A stretch of DNA of 64,000 nucleotides from Bacteroidota bacterium (GCA_049578505.1 JBAUMC010000020.1:1619-65618), one strand, 5' to 3'. Numbered from the stretch's first letter, positions 28,220-37,954 are shown. Made by a program: numbers and translations. The notes: generated from the letters alone by a model not told the origin.

Positions 28220-29614
28220 TTATTTCGTTTCCAACGAATGGACCGTCGCTTTAAATACTTTTCCGCGTTCTTCAAAGTCTGTAAACCAATCAAACGATGT
28301 GCACGCTGGTGAGAGGAGTACAACGTCGCCCCGGCGGGCGAGCGAAGTTGCAACCTCAACTGTCTTCTTCATCGAGGCAATATTTGGAATGTCCATCCCG
28401 ACTGCCTCCACGCGGCTAACGGGGACTATGCCGGAAAAATTTTGGACGATTTTTTCCGCTGAATGTCCGACCGCGACGATAGCCCGGACGTTTTTCTTTA
28501 CAGCTGCAATCATTCCTGAATAATCATTTCCCTTGTCTTTCCCGCCGAGAATCAACACAATCGGTTCCGAAAAAGCACTTAACGCCCGCATCACCGCCTC
28601 GACGGTCGTCGCTTTAGAATCGTTCACGTATTTCACCCCGTTCACTTCCCGCACAAATTCCTGACGGTGTTCTACACCTTTAAAATTTTTGAGGGTAGAG
28701 CGGATGTACGCAGAAGTTACGCCCATTGTTTGCGCTGCGAGAGTCGCCGCCATTGCATTCTGTAGATTATGTTCGCCTTTGATACTGATTTGAGTCGCTT
28801 CAATAATCTCCCACTTTTGTCCGCCAACAACGGTTCTCAGGATGCCGTGGTCGAGGAAAGCTCCGTCATTTATCTTTCGCGAAGTGCTAAATGGAACCAT
28901 CTTACACTTTGCACTTTTAACTTTTAACTGAGTTAACTCATCATCCGCGTTATAGATGAGAACATCATTCGCTGTTTGGTTCATGAATATTCGCGTTTTT
29001 GAGTCAGCATATTTTTCCATTGAATTTTCGTACCGGTCCATGTGATTCCGCGTAATGTTGAGAATGACCGACACGTTGGGGTGAAATGACTCGATACAAT
29101 CGAGCTGAAAACTGCTCACCTCCAGAACAACAACATCTGTCTCAGCCACATCCAAAACGAAATTTGAGAATGCCTCGCCAATGTTGCCCGCAACAACATG
29201 TTTTTTCTTTGCATCGCTGAAGATCCTTCCTAACAATGTGGTTGTTGTCGTTTTGCCGTTGCTGCCGGTAATGGCAACAATCGGCGCTTTACAAAACCAA
29301 CTTGCGACTTCCAGCTCGCTTACAACGCTGATGCTGCGCTTTTTTGCTTCGAGAACAACGGGAGTATCGCTCGGCACTCCCGGACTGAGAACCATCAATG
29401 AACAATCGAAAACACGCTCGGTATGTTTACCGGTTTCAAATGCGATGTTTTCTTTTTGTAATTCTGAAACGCTTTTTTCAAGTTTTGATACATTTTGCCG
29501 ATCGCTGACAAACACCTGCGCGCCGCTCCGCGTAAGTAATCGCGCCACCCCTACACCGCTGCGGGCAGCCCCAATGACAGAAATTTTTTTGTTGCGTAGC
29601 TGTGATAGTTCCAT
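28220..29614 (-). CDS. murD: UDP-N-acetylmuramoylalanine--D-glutamate ligase MurD
   Basis: GAARSGVGVARLL and ITGSNGKTTTTTLL. Abuts the ftsW start with no spacer. Confidence 0.95.
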   Translation of the reverse strand: MELSQLRNKKISVIGAARSGVGVARLLTRSGAQVFVSDRQNVSKLEKSVSELQKENIAFETGKHTERVFDCSLMVLSPGVPSDTPVVLEAKKRSISVVSELEVASWFCKAPIVAITGSNGKTTTTTLLGRIFSDAKKKHVVAGNIGEAFSNFVLDVAETDVVVLEVSSFQLDCIESFHPNVSVILNITRNHMDRYENSMEKYADSKTRIFMNQTANDVLIYNADDELTQLKVKSAKCKMVPFSTSRKINDGAFLDHGILRTVVGGQKWEIIEATQISIKGEHNLQNAMAATLAAQTMGVTSAYIRSTLKNFKGVEHRQEFVREVNGVKYVNDSKATTVEAVMRALSAFSEPIVLILGGKDKGNDYSGMIAAVKKNVRAIVAVGHSAEKIVQNFSGIVPVSRVEAVGMDIPNIASMKKTVEVATSLARRGDVVLLSPACTSFDWFTDFEERGKVFKATVHSLETK

Positions 29615-29641
29615 TGGGATCGCCTGGATTTCCCAGATTCA

Positions 29642-29775
29642 GCGCAGATTGTCCCGAAGGGATTCCTTTGGAACTAATTCCTCAGATTTAATCATGGATT
29701 ATTTATTCGTCGCAAAATTATTTCACTTCTTCTTGCGTTCATCTGCGCGATCTGTAATCTGAGCACAATCTGCGC
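29642..29775. repeat. Small palindromic element bounded by an 11-bp perfect inverted repeat inside the murD-mraY spacer
   Basis: GCGCAGATTGT (29642-52) / ACAATCTGCGC (29765-75). The interior has the hairpins TCCC-GAA-GGGA and TTCC-TTT-GGAA. The interior segment TCCCGAAGGGATTCCTTTGGAA is homologous to 13519-13540 in cluster R1. Confidence 0.6.
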
Positions 29776-29789
29776 AATCAGCGAAATCA

Positions 29790-30905
29790 TTATCGTACCT
29801 TGAATGTCGCAAGGCTGACAATCATCAACAGAATCGCGATGATGTAAAAACGCGTAACAATTTTCGGCTCCGGTATTCCCATCATTTCAAAGTGGTGGTG
29901 AATGGGCGCCATGCGGAATACGCGGCGGCCTTCGCCGTATTTTCGCTTCGTGTATTTGAAATACAAGCGTTGAATAATCACCGATACGGTTTCGATAAAA
30001 AATATTCCGCCGAGAATAGGGAGAATCAGTTCTTTCTTGATCATCACGGTGATCGCCCCGATGGCACCGCCGAGCGCGAGCGATCCGGTGTCCCCCATAA
30101 ACACCTGTGCCGGATACGAATTGAACCAGAGAAAGCCAAGGGCCGCTCCTACTAATGCCGCGCAATAAATAACAAGCTCGCCGTTTCCACGGAGATAGAT
30201 GATATTAAGATAGTGGCTGAATTCAATGTTCCCGGAAATGTAGCTAATGACCGCCAGCGTTAACGCGACAATGCCGACGGTGCCGATTGCAAGCCCGTCA
30301 AGCCCGTCTGTAAGATTCACTGCGTTCGACGTCGCCACGATAATAAACACGACGACCGGGATATACATGAAGAAAAAATCGAAATTAAGATTCTTAAAGA
30401 ACGGTACCGTTGTGATCGTGTTTGCGTTCATCGCCTTCAACTCCGGGGAAAAATACATCGCGGCTCCTAACACGATTCCGACCGACACCTGACCCACAAT
30501 TTTATACCAGCCGATGAGCCCTTTCTTTTTTTTCTTCACGACTTTCAGATAGTCATCGAAGAACCCTACAAGGCCGAGGCCGGTTGTGACAAAAATGATC
30601 AGCAGCACATACATGTTTTTAAGGTCGCCCCACAACAGCGTCGGGATCAATACCGAACCGAGCACAATGAGGCCTCCCATCGTCGGAGTGCCCGCTTTAC
30701 TGAGATGGGTTTTCGGCGCTTCAAGCTTTGCTGCTTCTCCAATTTGATGTTTCTTCAACGCGGCGATAATTTTTGGACCAATCCAAAAGCTGATAATAAG
30801 TGCTGTGACTGCCGCAGCTGCCGAACGAAACGTCAAATACCGAACGATACCGAACCCTGGCGGATGATAAAGCCTTTCAACAAGATTCAAAAAATAATAA
30901 AGCAT
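29790..30905 (-). CDS. mraY: Phospho-N-acetylmuramoyl-pentapeptide transferase MraY
   Basis: NAVNLTDGLDGLA and FMGDTGSLALGG. Confidence 0.96.
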   Translation of the reverse strand: MLYYFLNLVERLYHPPGFGIVRYLTFRSAAAAVTALIISFWIGPKIIAALKKHQIGEAAKLEAPKTHLSKAGTPTMGGLIVLGSVLIPTLLWGDLKNMYVLLIIFVTTGLGLVGFFDDYLKVVKKKKKGLIGWYKIVGQVSVGIVLGAAMYFSPELKAMNANTITTVPFFKNLNFDFFFMYIPVVVFIIVATSNAVNLTDGLDGLAIGTVGIVALTLAVISYISGNIEFSHYLNIIYLRGNGELVIYCAALVGAALGFLWFNSYPAQVFMGDTGSLALGGAIGAITVMIKKELILPILGGIFFIETVSVIIQRLYFKYTKRKYGEGRRVFRMAPIHHHFEMMGIPEPKIVTRFYIIAILLMIVSLATFKVR

Positions 30906-30923
30906 GTTTGCGTACTTTACCGT

Positions 30924-32297
30924 TTAAATTTGTGCCGTCACTTCTTCCATTTTCATTCCGCGCGAACCCTTAATCAGCACGGCATCTCCTGGAGCGACCT
31001 GACTCTTCAGCGATGCGATAAGTGCCTCCTTCGATTCGAAATGTTCTGCAAAGGCCAGCTTCGACGCTTCATGCGTGAACCGAGAGAGCGGGCCAAACGT
31101 CAGGAGAAACTCAAACTCCAGATCGCTTACTGCAAGGCCGATTTTCGCATGTTCGTTCTCGGCCTTTTCTCCGAGTTCAAGCATGTCTGCAAGGACGACA
31201 ATTTTTTTCCCGTCAACCTTCATCGATTGAAGCGATCGTAACGCAGCAAGAACCGAATCGGGATTGGCATTATAAGTATCGTTAATAATAGTGATGCCAC
31301 TTCTCCTGATGACTTCCATTCGCTTGCTGGCTCCGACGTATTGTTGAATTGCCGAAATTATTTTTTTTTCCGGAACCTTGAACTCCACCCCGACTGCCGT
31401 CGCTGCAAGCGCGTTTGAAACGTTATGCAACCCCGTCACGGAGAGACAAACGTCGCTTGTTTTCTTTTTTACGGCGAGCTCAAACAAAGGCTGGCCTTTT
31501 TCATTTGTGCGAACATGGCGCCCCTGCACATCCGACGTTCGGGCCAATCCGTAGCTAAGCGAGTGACGAACTTTCTTCCCCGCTCTCACGAGATAACCGT
31601 CGTCCGCATTAATGAACGCAAAGCCTTTCGCGGAAATCTTAGCAAACAATTCCGTCTCTTCTTTCGCTACTCCGCGCTCATCGCCGAAAAATTCCAGATG
31701 CTCTTTGCCGATATTTGTCACGAGGGCATGGGTCGGCTCGACAATCTTGCTCAGGTATTTCATTTCGCCAAAATGATTCGTGCCGAGTTCGAGAACGGCG
31801 ATATCATGTTTTGACGTCAACCGGAAGAGCATTTGCGGCACGCCGATATGGTTGTTAAGATTTCCCTCGGTGCTTAAAACAGAATATGCGGATCTTAGCA
31901 CTGCGCTGATCATTTCTTTTGTTGTAGTCTTCCCATTGCTGCCGCCTATCGCTATCACGGGAATAGAAAACTTCTTTCGATAAATATTTGCCAAACCACC
32001 CAGCGCTTTAATGGTATCCGGAACAACCACAACGGCGCTCTCCAAACGCTTCGACAACTCATGATTCTTTTTTTCCCACGCCGCATCCACAATAACCACA
32101 GCAGCATTCCTTTTGACGACATCTTCAATAAACTTATGCCCATCAAAATTTTCCCCCCGTAACGCAAAAAAAATATTTCCCGGTTCAATCGTGCGAGAAT
32201 CGGTTGAAACGCCGGTAATTGTCTTATTCTTCAGCGTCTCCTTGTTGATGATTTCTGCCTGCCCAAGTTTTTGAAAGTCTTTCAGGGAGAGTTTCAT
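30924..32297 (-). CDS. murF: UDP-MurNAc-tripeptide--D-Ala-D-Ala ligase MurF
   Basis: IGGSNGKTTTKEM and DTYNANPDS. Confidence 0.93.
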   Translation of the reverse strand: MKLSLKDFQKLGQAEIINKETLKNKTITGVSTDSRTIEPGNIFFALRGENFDGHKFIEDVVKRNAAVVIVDAAWEKKNHELSKRLESAVVVVPDTIKALGGLANIYRKKFSIPVIAIGGSNGKTTTKEMISAVLRSAYSVLSTEGNLNNHIGVPQMLFRLTSKHDIAVLELGTNHFGEMKYLSKIVEPTHALVTNIGKEHLEFFGDERGVAKEETELFAKISAKGFAFINADDGYLVRAGKKVRHSLSYGLARTSDVQGRHVRTNEKGQPLFELAVKKKTSDVCLSVTGLHNVSNALAATAVGVEFKVPEKKIISAIQQYVGASKRMEVIRRSGITIINDTYNANPDSVLAALRSLQSMKVDGKKIVVLADMLELGEKAENEHAKIGLAVSDLEFEFLLTFGPLSRFTHEASKLAFAEHFESKEALIASLKSQVAPGDAVLIKGSRGMKMEEVTAQI

Positions 32298-33817
32298 GAT
32301 GATCGCGATGTAATGTATTCCTGAACAACTTCCCTGTCGCTGAAATGATGTTTTGTTTTCCCGATTATCTGATAATCTTCATGCCCTTTGCCTGCAATAA
32401 GTACGACATCTCCCCGTCGAGCCATGGAGAGCGCTCCGGTAATTGCACGACGCCTGTCAGGCTCTACAAACAACTCGTTCTTGCGATGAACTCCTGCCAG
32501 AACATCGTTGATGATTGCATTGGGATCTTCAGAGCGCGGGTTATCGGACGTTACAACCGCAACATCGCTCAATGTGTCAACGATTTTCCCCATCACGGGG
32601 CGTTTCGTCTTATCTCTGTCGCCGCCCGCACCGAACACGGTGACGATTTTATTTGAAGCTTGCGCCGGTAAAACATCACGAATCGTCATTAGACATTTTT
32701 CCAGGGCATCGGGCGTATGTGCATAATCGATAATCGCCGACCATCCGTCGGGGGAGAGCATCCGCTCAAAGCGTCCGGGCACAGAAGTGAACGATGCAAC
32801 GCTTGCGTAGATGGACGCCGCCGGAATTCCTAGCGCAATACCGGCAGAGCAAGCTGCAAGAATGTTGTAGACATTAAACCGTCCAACCAAATGAGAGCGG
32901 ATTTCGATTTCTTCTTTGTGATGCCGAAGTACGAATGTTGTGCCGTCGATCGAGAGTGAAACGTTATTAGCGCTGACATCGGAGGCCCCGTTGACACCAT
33001 ATGTGATTACGGAAGCGCGTGTTCCCTTGACAATTTTTAACCCTGCCGCATCGTCAGCATTCGTAACTGCTCGGCTTGATGATGGGAGGCAATCAAAAAG
33101 AATTTTCTTGGCCTGGAAATAATTTTCCATTGTGCCGTGATAGTCGAGATGGTCCTGGGTCAAATTTGTAAATACCGCCGCTGAAAACTCGAGGCCGTAA
33201 ACGCGGTCCTGATGAAGCGAATGCGATGATACTTCCATAACAACATGTGTGCATCCTTTCCGGACCATGGTTGCAAAGAGCTTGTGCAGTTCAAGGGATT
33301 CCGGCGTTGTATGCGTTGCGGGGTATTTTTCTCCCCCCACCATATATTCTATTGTCCCGATCAAGCCGACTTTACCCTGCATCGTCGGGCTGCTTAATTC
33401 GAGCAATTGCTTGATGAGGTATGTCGTTGTCGTTTTCCCGTTTGTTCCTGTCACACCGATTAGCCGCAATTGTTTTGCAGGATGACCGTAGTAATTCGCG
33501 GACATAACGGCAAGGGCTCTGCGCGAGTTGGCGACAACGATCTTTACGACCCCCGCGTGCATGAAAAACGAGTCGGGAAGGGACGAATCGTTTTCCATTA
33601 CAACAGCTTTCGCACCGCTGGATACCGCTGAATCGATATGTTTGTGACCATCGCTGGCCGCGCCTTTTATGGCGATAAACATATCGCCTTGCTGGACTTT
33701 CCGTGAGTCGTATTGCAAGCCGCCAATCTCGACATCATGCGTCACCACCATACCGCCGTACGTGGTTTGAAACATCTTGGTAACTGTCACGCCTTCTAAC
33801 AACGATGATAACGTCAT
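32294..33817 (-). CDS. murE: UDP-MurNAc-L-Ala-D-Glu--2,6-diaminopimelate ligase MurE
   Basis: GVTGTNGKTTTTYL and TSDNPRSEDP (a DNPR-type motif, consistent with meso-DAP specificity). Confidence 0.93.
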   Translation of the reverse strand: MTLSSLLEGVTVTKMFQTTYGGMVVTHDVEIGGLQYDSRKVQQGDMFIAIKGAASDGHKHIDSAVSSGAKAVVMENDSSLPDSFFMHAGVVKIVVANSRRALAVMSANYYGHPAKQLRLIGVTGTNGKTTTTYLIKQLLELSSPTMQGKVGLIGTIEYMVGGEKYPATHTTPESLELHKLFATMVRKGCTHVVMEVSSHSLHQDRVYGLEFSAAVFTNLTQDHLDYHGTMENYFQAKKILFDCLPSSSRAVTNADDAAGLKIVKGTRASVITYGVNGASDVSANNVSLSIDGTTFVLRHHKEEIEIRSHLVGRFNVYNILAACSAGIALGIPAASIYASVASFTSVPGRFERMLSPDGWSAIIDYAHTPDALEKCLMTIRDVLPAQASNKIVTVFGAGGDRDKTKRPVMGKIVDTLSDVAVVTSDNPRSEDPNAIINDVLAGVHRKNELFVEPDRRRAITGALSMARRGDVVLIAGKGHEDYQIIGKTKHHFSDREVVQEYITSRSS

Positions 33818-33833
33818 GTTTTCGTTCTTCGAA

Positions 33834-36020
33834 TCAATACAGCTGGGCCGTTGCCAACGGCTTCGGCTCGCATATCAAAATTACTCTTTCCCCCTGCTTT
33901 GCCGGCGTATTTGAGTCAGGGGATTGATGGACAACAACTCCGGAACCGACGACAGCAACGTCAAATTTTTCGGCCGTCAGTGTGTTGATTGCTCGCCGCA
34001 GGCTCAAGCCGTAAAGATCGGGAACAACAATTCCTCCGTTAAGCGGTGTGCCGCTCGACTGACTTAGAATTAATTGCACTATTTCTCCGGGGCCAATTTC
34101 TTTCCCGGCTTCGGGAACCTGTCGACTTACGACGTCTCCGTCACCGACCGTGCTGGAGCGAAAGCCATTGCTTTTCAGGATCTCTTCAGCCGCTGTTCGC
34201 TGAAGATGTGAAACGTCCGGTACCTGAGCGAGCGGCTGGGATTCATCGCTAGCTTTTTCTGCAAAAGCAGCTCGCGAAAATAGTCCATTGTTGTTGATGA
34301 TTTGCTGCGCGATCGCCTTGAATACCGGAGCGCTTGCAAGGGCGGCAGTATACCCTCCAGCCGTCGGGTTTTCCATAATTACCAAGCAGACAAGCTCGGG
34401 TTTCTCTGCAGGGAAAAATCCGACAAACGTCGCGTTGTAATTTCCCGAGGCATACTTTCCGTCGAGATAGTTGCGCGACGTTCCCGTTTTTCCTGCAATG
34501 GTTATCCCCGGAATTCTTGCCGCTTGGCCGGTCCCCCTCTCAACAACGCCGATAAAAAAATCTCTGAGTGTGTTTGCGGTTTCTCCGGAAATCACTCGCC
34601 GAATTTTTTCCGGACGGCCGGTATAGATCACATCTCCGGTCTCATCCATTTCTTTCGAAATAACATACGGCTTCATAAGAATGCCGCCGTTTGCTACTGC
34701 ACAGTATGCCGCGGCAATTTGAAGCGGCGTCACTGCGACCTCATACCCGAAGGCAATAGAGTTAAGGGTTGCTCCAGACCACTCAACAGGTTTTTTCAAC
34801 TCCCCGCTTGCTTCTCCGGGAAGTTCAACTCCGGTCGGCATACCGAATCCGAAATCGCGCGCTTGCGTGTAAAGCCGCTCTGCGCCGATGATGTCGCTCG
34901 CCTTCGCCATCACGATATTGCTCGACAACTCCATCCCTTGCTGGAACGTGATCATTCCGCTTTCATGGGTATCGGTGATTAATCGAAACTTGCCTCCGTT
35001 GAGCGGAACTTTATATTTTCCGTGCTCGGCAAAAAACATCTGACCGGGAGCAATCAATTTATTTTCCAATGCTGCCGATGCCGTTACTACTTTAAACACT
35101 GAGCCCGGTTCAAACATATCGGAGACCGCCCGAGCTCTCAACGTCTGCACATCTGTATGAGCGACATCGTACGGATTAACGCTCGGGATATGGGCCATCG
35201 CCAGCACTTCACCGGTATTCGGATTAAGAATCATGGCGAGCCCGGCAGTTGCCTTTGTCCGTTCAACCCCTTTTTTTAGCTCGTCTTCAAGGATGGATTG
35301 ATACCCAACATCGATTGTCAGTGCGATTGAATGCCCATGGACAGGTTCCTGGCGGGGATAATCCGCCGAGGGACGCTGGCGTCCCATGCCATCCCGCTGC
35401 ATAACGACAAAGCCGTCAACCCCGCGCAATTCTTTGTCGTACGAATACTCTATTCCGCTGATGCCAACGTTATCAACGTTGGTGCAACCGATGACCTGAC
35501 CGCCGATATTATCGTAATGATACAACCGTTTTGGCTCACTTAATTCCGCAACGCCTTCCAACGAGTTTGCCTGAAGACGCTTGGCAACCTCGGGGCTCAC
35601 GTGACGCTCAAGCCAAACGAAACGCTTCTCGTCCTGCATTTTCTGAAGATAGAATTGCTCCGGTTTTCCGAATACTCTCGAAAATTTCTTTGCAACGGCA
35701 GCGGCTCCGTCGCCGACTATTTTCGGATCTGCGGCATAAGAAAAAAACATCGAATTCGAAACAAGAATATTCCCCCGCCGGTCGTAAATATTTCCCCGCG
35801 TTGACGGCAATACAATTTTGACTTCGTACTGTTTCCGGGCAATCGCTTGGTATTTGCCCGAGTCTATGACCTGGATTTGCACCAAGCGAAAGGCCGCAAT
35901 GACGAAAGCCATCAACAGGACGATCTTTGTTGTTAGCAAGCGGGCCGGATGGTTGACGGATCCCGTCTTCGGTTGTCCTAAATTCTCGCCCGATTTATTT
36001 TGCGCGCCGAAACCGAACAT
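33834..36020 (-). CDS. ftsI: Class B penicillin-binding protein FtsI/PBP3 with two C-terminal PASTA domains
   Basis: Transpeptidase motifs GSVFKV (SxxK), SSN and KTGT. C-terminal VPDVSHLQRTAAEEILKSNGF...VVSRQVPEAGKEIGPGEIVQLIL and VPDLYGLSLRRAINTLTAEKF...VVHQSPDSNTPAKQGERVILICE. Confidence 0.92.
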   Translation of the reverse strand: MFGFGAQNKSGENLGQPKTGSVNHPARLLTTKIVLLMAFVIAAFRLVQIQVIDSGKYQAIARKQYEVKIVLPSTRGNIYDRRGNILVSNSMFFSYAADPKIVGDGAAAVAKKFSRVFGKPEQFYLQKMQDEKRFVWLERHVSPEVAKRLQANSLEGVAELSEPKRLYHYDNIGGQVIGCTNVDNVGISGIEYSYDKELRGVDGFVVMQRDGMGRQRPSADYPRQEPVHGHSIALTIDVGYQSILEDELKKGVERTKATAGLAMILNPNTGEVLAMAHIPSVNPYDVAHTDVQTLRARAVSDMFEPGSVFKVVTASAALENKLIAPGQMFFAEHGKYKVPLNGGKFRLITDTHESGMITFQQGMELSSNIVMAKASDIIGAERLYTQARDFGFGMPTGVELPGEASGELKKPVEWSGATLNSIAFGYEVAVTPLQIAAAYCAVANGGILMKPYVISKEMDETGDVIYTGRPEKIRRVISGETANTLRDFFIGVVERGTGQAARIPGITIAGKTGTSRNYLDGKYASGNYNATFVGFFPAEKPELVCLVIMENPTAGGYTAALASAPVFKAIAQQIINNNGLFSRAAFAEKASDESQPLAQVPDVSHLQRTAAEEILKSNGFRSSTVGDGDVVSRQVPEAGKEIGPGEIVQLILSQSSGTPLNGGIVVPDLYGLSLRRAINTLTAEKFDVAVVGSGVVVHQSPDSNTPAKQGERVILICEPKPLATAQLY

Positions 36021-36022
36021 AG

Positions 36023-36469
36023 CTATTTCTTTGTCACCTCTTCAATCTTGTCCTGGTCTACTTCAAACCACACCGGCGGCTCTTTCGGGTTGGTCAACCC
36101 TATTTCTTCCTTTGCCATCAGGCTGATCCTGTCGAGGCTCGATTTACGTGCAATCTCGGCTTTCAGAACTTCAGTATTGCTGACAATGGAGTTGTACCGG
36201 TTGTTGAGATCGTTTACTTCCTTCATCAGCTGATTCACTGCGATGACATTTCCCGTATACAGCAAGCTTAACGCGGCGAGCAAAAAAAGTGCGCTGACGA
36301 TATTAAACGTCGAGTGCTTTCGCCGAACTGCTTTTCTGTTCTGCCGGATTTCATTGGTTGAAGCCGCAGCATGTTGCCCGGAAATAACATTCCCGTTGTA
36401 GATGTACCGTCCGTCGGAGACTGTGGAAGTGCTTAATGGAGAAGTATGCTCATTGTAAATGCGCGCCAT
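36023..36469 (-). CDS. ftsL: FtsL-like cell division protein
   Basis: Single TM helix (FNIVSALFLLAALSLLYTG) followed by a coiled coil. Positioned between rsmH and ftsI. Confidence 0.7.
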   Translation of the reverse strand: MARIYNEHTSPLSTSTVSDGRYIYNGNVISGQHAAASTNEIRQNRKAVRRKHSTFNIVSALFLLAALSLLYTGNVIAVNQLMKEVNDLNNRYNSIVSNTEVLKAEIARKSSLDRISLMAKEEIGLTNPKEPPVWFEVDQDKIEEVTKK

Positions 36470-37398
36470 CAGATTCTCTCTGCAACTCTCATTTTAGCGC
36501 TCCGCGAGCGCGGGTTTGACAATTGTTCTTCACGAGTAGCCACGATAGGTCTTTTCGTCAGAACCCTGAGTGTAGGAGTCGCCGGAATGTCTGGCACAAG
36601 TTTGTGCCCGGATGGAATAACCGTAGCGGACTGTTCCATGAATAAATTCTTCACAATTCTATCTTCAAGTGAGTGGTAGGAAATCACTACAATGCGGCCG
36701 CCGCTCGCAAGGAAGCCAATCGCCCCATTCAAAGCCTGAGAAAGGGAGTCGAGCTCGTGATTTACTTCAATCCTCAACGCCTGGAAAACACGGGCTAACG
36801 TTTTCATTAAAAATTGCCCGAAAACCTTTCCTTCAATAATGGCTGCCAAATCGCCTGTCGTTTCTATCTTTTTCACCCCCCGGTGTTCTACGATCGCCCG
36901 GGCAATTTTTCGGGAATTCCTCTCCTCGCCATACTTCCAAAAAACATCAGCCAGCTCTTCGTCCGAGTATGTGTTAATAATCGTTGAAGCATTGAAAGAC
37001 TGGCGACGGTCCATCCTCATATCCAACACATCGTTTTTGCGAAACGAAAACCCCTTGCTTCCCTCATCCAACTGAAACGATGAGACGCCAAGGTCGAGCA
37101 ACATGCCTTGAATTGAGGAAATATTATGCGATTGAAGAATGGACCTGATGTTGGCATTATTATCGTGGGTAAAGACGACCTTGGATGAAAAACGCTGCAA
37201 CCGTTTTTCGGCCTCCATATGCGCATCCGCGTCGGCATCAATACAGATAAGTGTTCCGAACGGATAAATTTTATCTAAAATATTTTCGGCGTGACCACCG
37301 CCGCCGAGTGTACCGTCAACATACACGCCGTTTTGCGTGGTGATAAGGAACTTAATGACTTCATCCCGCAGCACCGGAATGTGATATGGACTGCTCAC
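36469..37398 (-). CDS. rsmH: 16S rRNA (cytosine1402-N4)-methyltransferase RsmH (MraW)
   Basis: HIPVL, VDGTLGGGGH, DLGVSSFQLD. GTG start. Confidence 0.95.
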   Translation of the reverse strand: MSSPYHIPVLRDEVIKFLITTQNGVYVDGTLGGGGHAENILDKIYPFGTLICIDADADAHMEAEKRLQRFSSKVVFTHDNNANIRSILQSHNISSIQGMLLDLGVSSFQLDEGSKGFSFRKNDVLDMRMDRRQSFNASTIINTYSDEELADVFWKYGEERNSRKIARAIVEHRGVKKIETTGDLAAIIEGKVFGQFLMKTLARVFQALRIEVNHELDSLSQALNGAIGFLASGGRIVVISYHSLEDRIVKNLFMEQSATVIPSGHKLVPDIPATPTLRVLTKRPIVATREEQLSNPRSRSAKMRVAERI

Positions 37399-37412
37399 AT
37401 GATTTGGCGAAA

Positions 37413-37871
37413 TTATTCCTGCGACGGTTTGAAGACTGTCGCGGCGACACTTTCATAACTCTCGTTCTGCGATTGCGCCGTCATATACTCATTGTAGACC
37501 TTCGGATCCCAAACCTCGATACGTTCCAGCATTCCCAGTATCAGAACTTCGTTCTCGATCTTTGCGAACTGAAGGAGTTCTTTAGGGATAATTATTCGGA
37601 ATTGCCCATCAAGCTGACTTTCAGTAGCATACTGTAAAAGGGTACGGGTGACGTACCGATGACGGGGATCCGCGGGAGAAAGCTGACGCAACGAGTGTTC
37701 GACTTTGATCCATTCGTCGTTAGGGTACAGAAATAGACAAGTTTCGAACCCTCGGGTGATGATAAAAAGGTCGTTTGCTTCGGGGGAGAGATTTTTCCGC
37801 ATTTTCGCGGGAATATTTATCCTCCCTTTGCTGTCCACAGAGTAAGAATACGATCCTTTAAATGATGACAT
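37413..37871 (-). CDS. mraZ: Transcriptional regulator MraZ
   Basis: Two SpoVT/AbrB-like halves (VDSKGRINIPAKMR and LDGQFRIIIPKELL). First gene of the dcw cluster. Confidence 0.93.
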   Translation of the reverse strand: MSSFKGSYSYSVDSKGRINIPAKMRKNLSPEANDLFIITRGFETCLFLYPNDEWIKVEHSLRQLSPADPRHRYVTRTLLQYATESQLDGQFRIIIPKELLQFAKIENEVLILGMLERIEVWDPKVYNEYMTAQSQNESYESVAATVFKPSQE

Positions 37872-37929
37872 AAGAACCCACGGCTTTCAGAAAATCCTCT
37901 AAAACAACACGATTTGAGAAGCTAAATTC

Positions 37930-37954
37930 CCCACTTTTACCCACTATGATGCAC
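37930..37954 (-). promoter_or_regulatory. Candidate MraZ operator: three direct repeats at 10-nt phase
   Basis: The minus strand reads GTGCA-tcata-GTGGG-taaaa-GTGGG. On the plus strand these are CCCAC at 37930-34, CCCAC at 37940-44 and TGCAC at 37950-54. The site is 60-85 nt upstream of the mraZ ATG. Confidence 0.5.
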
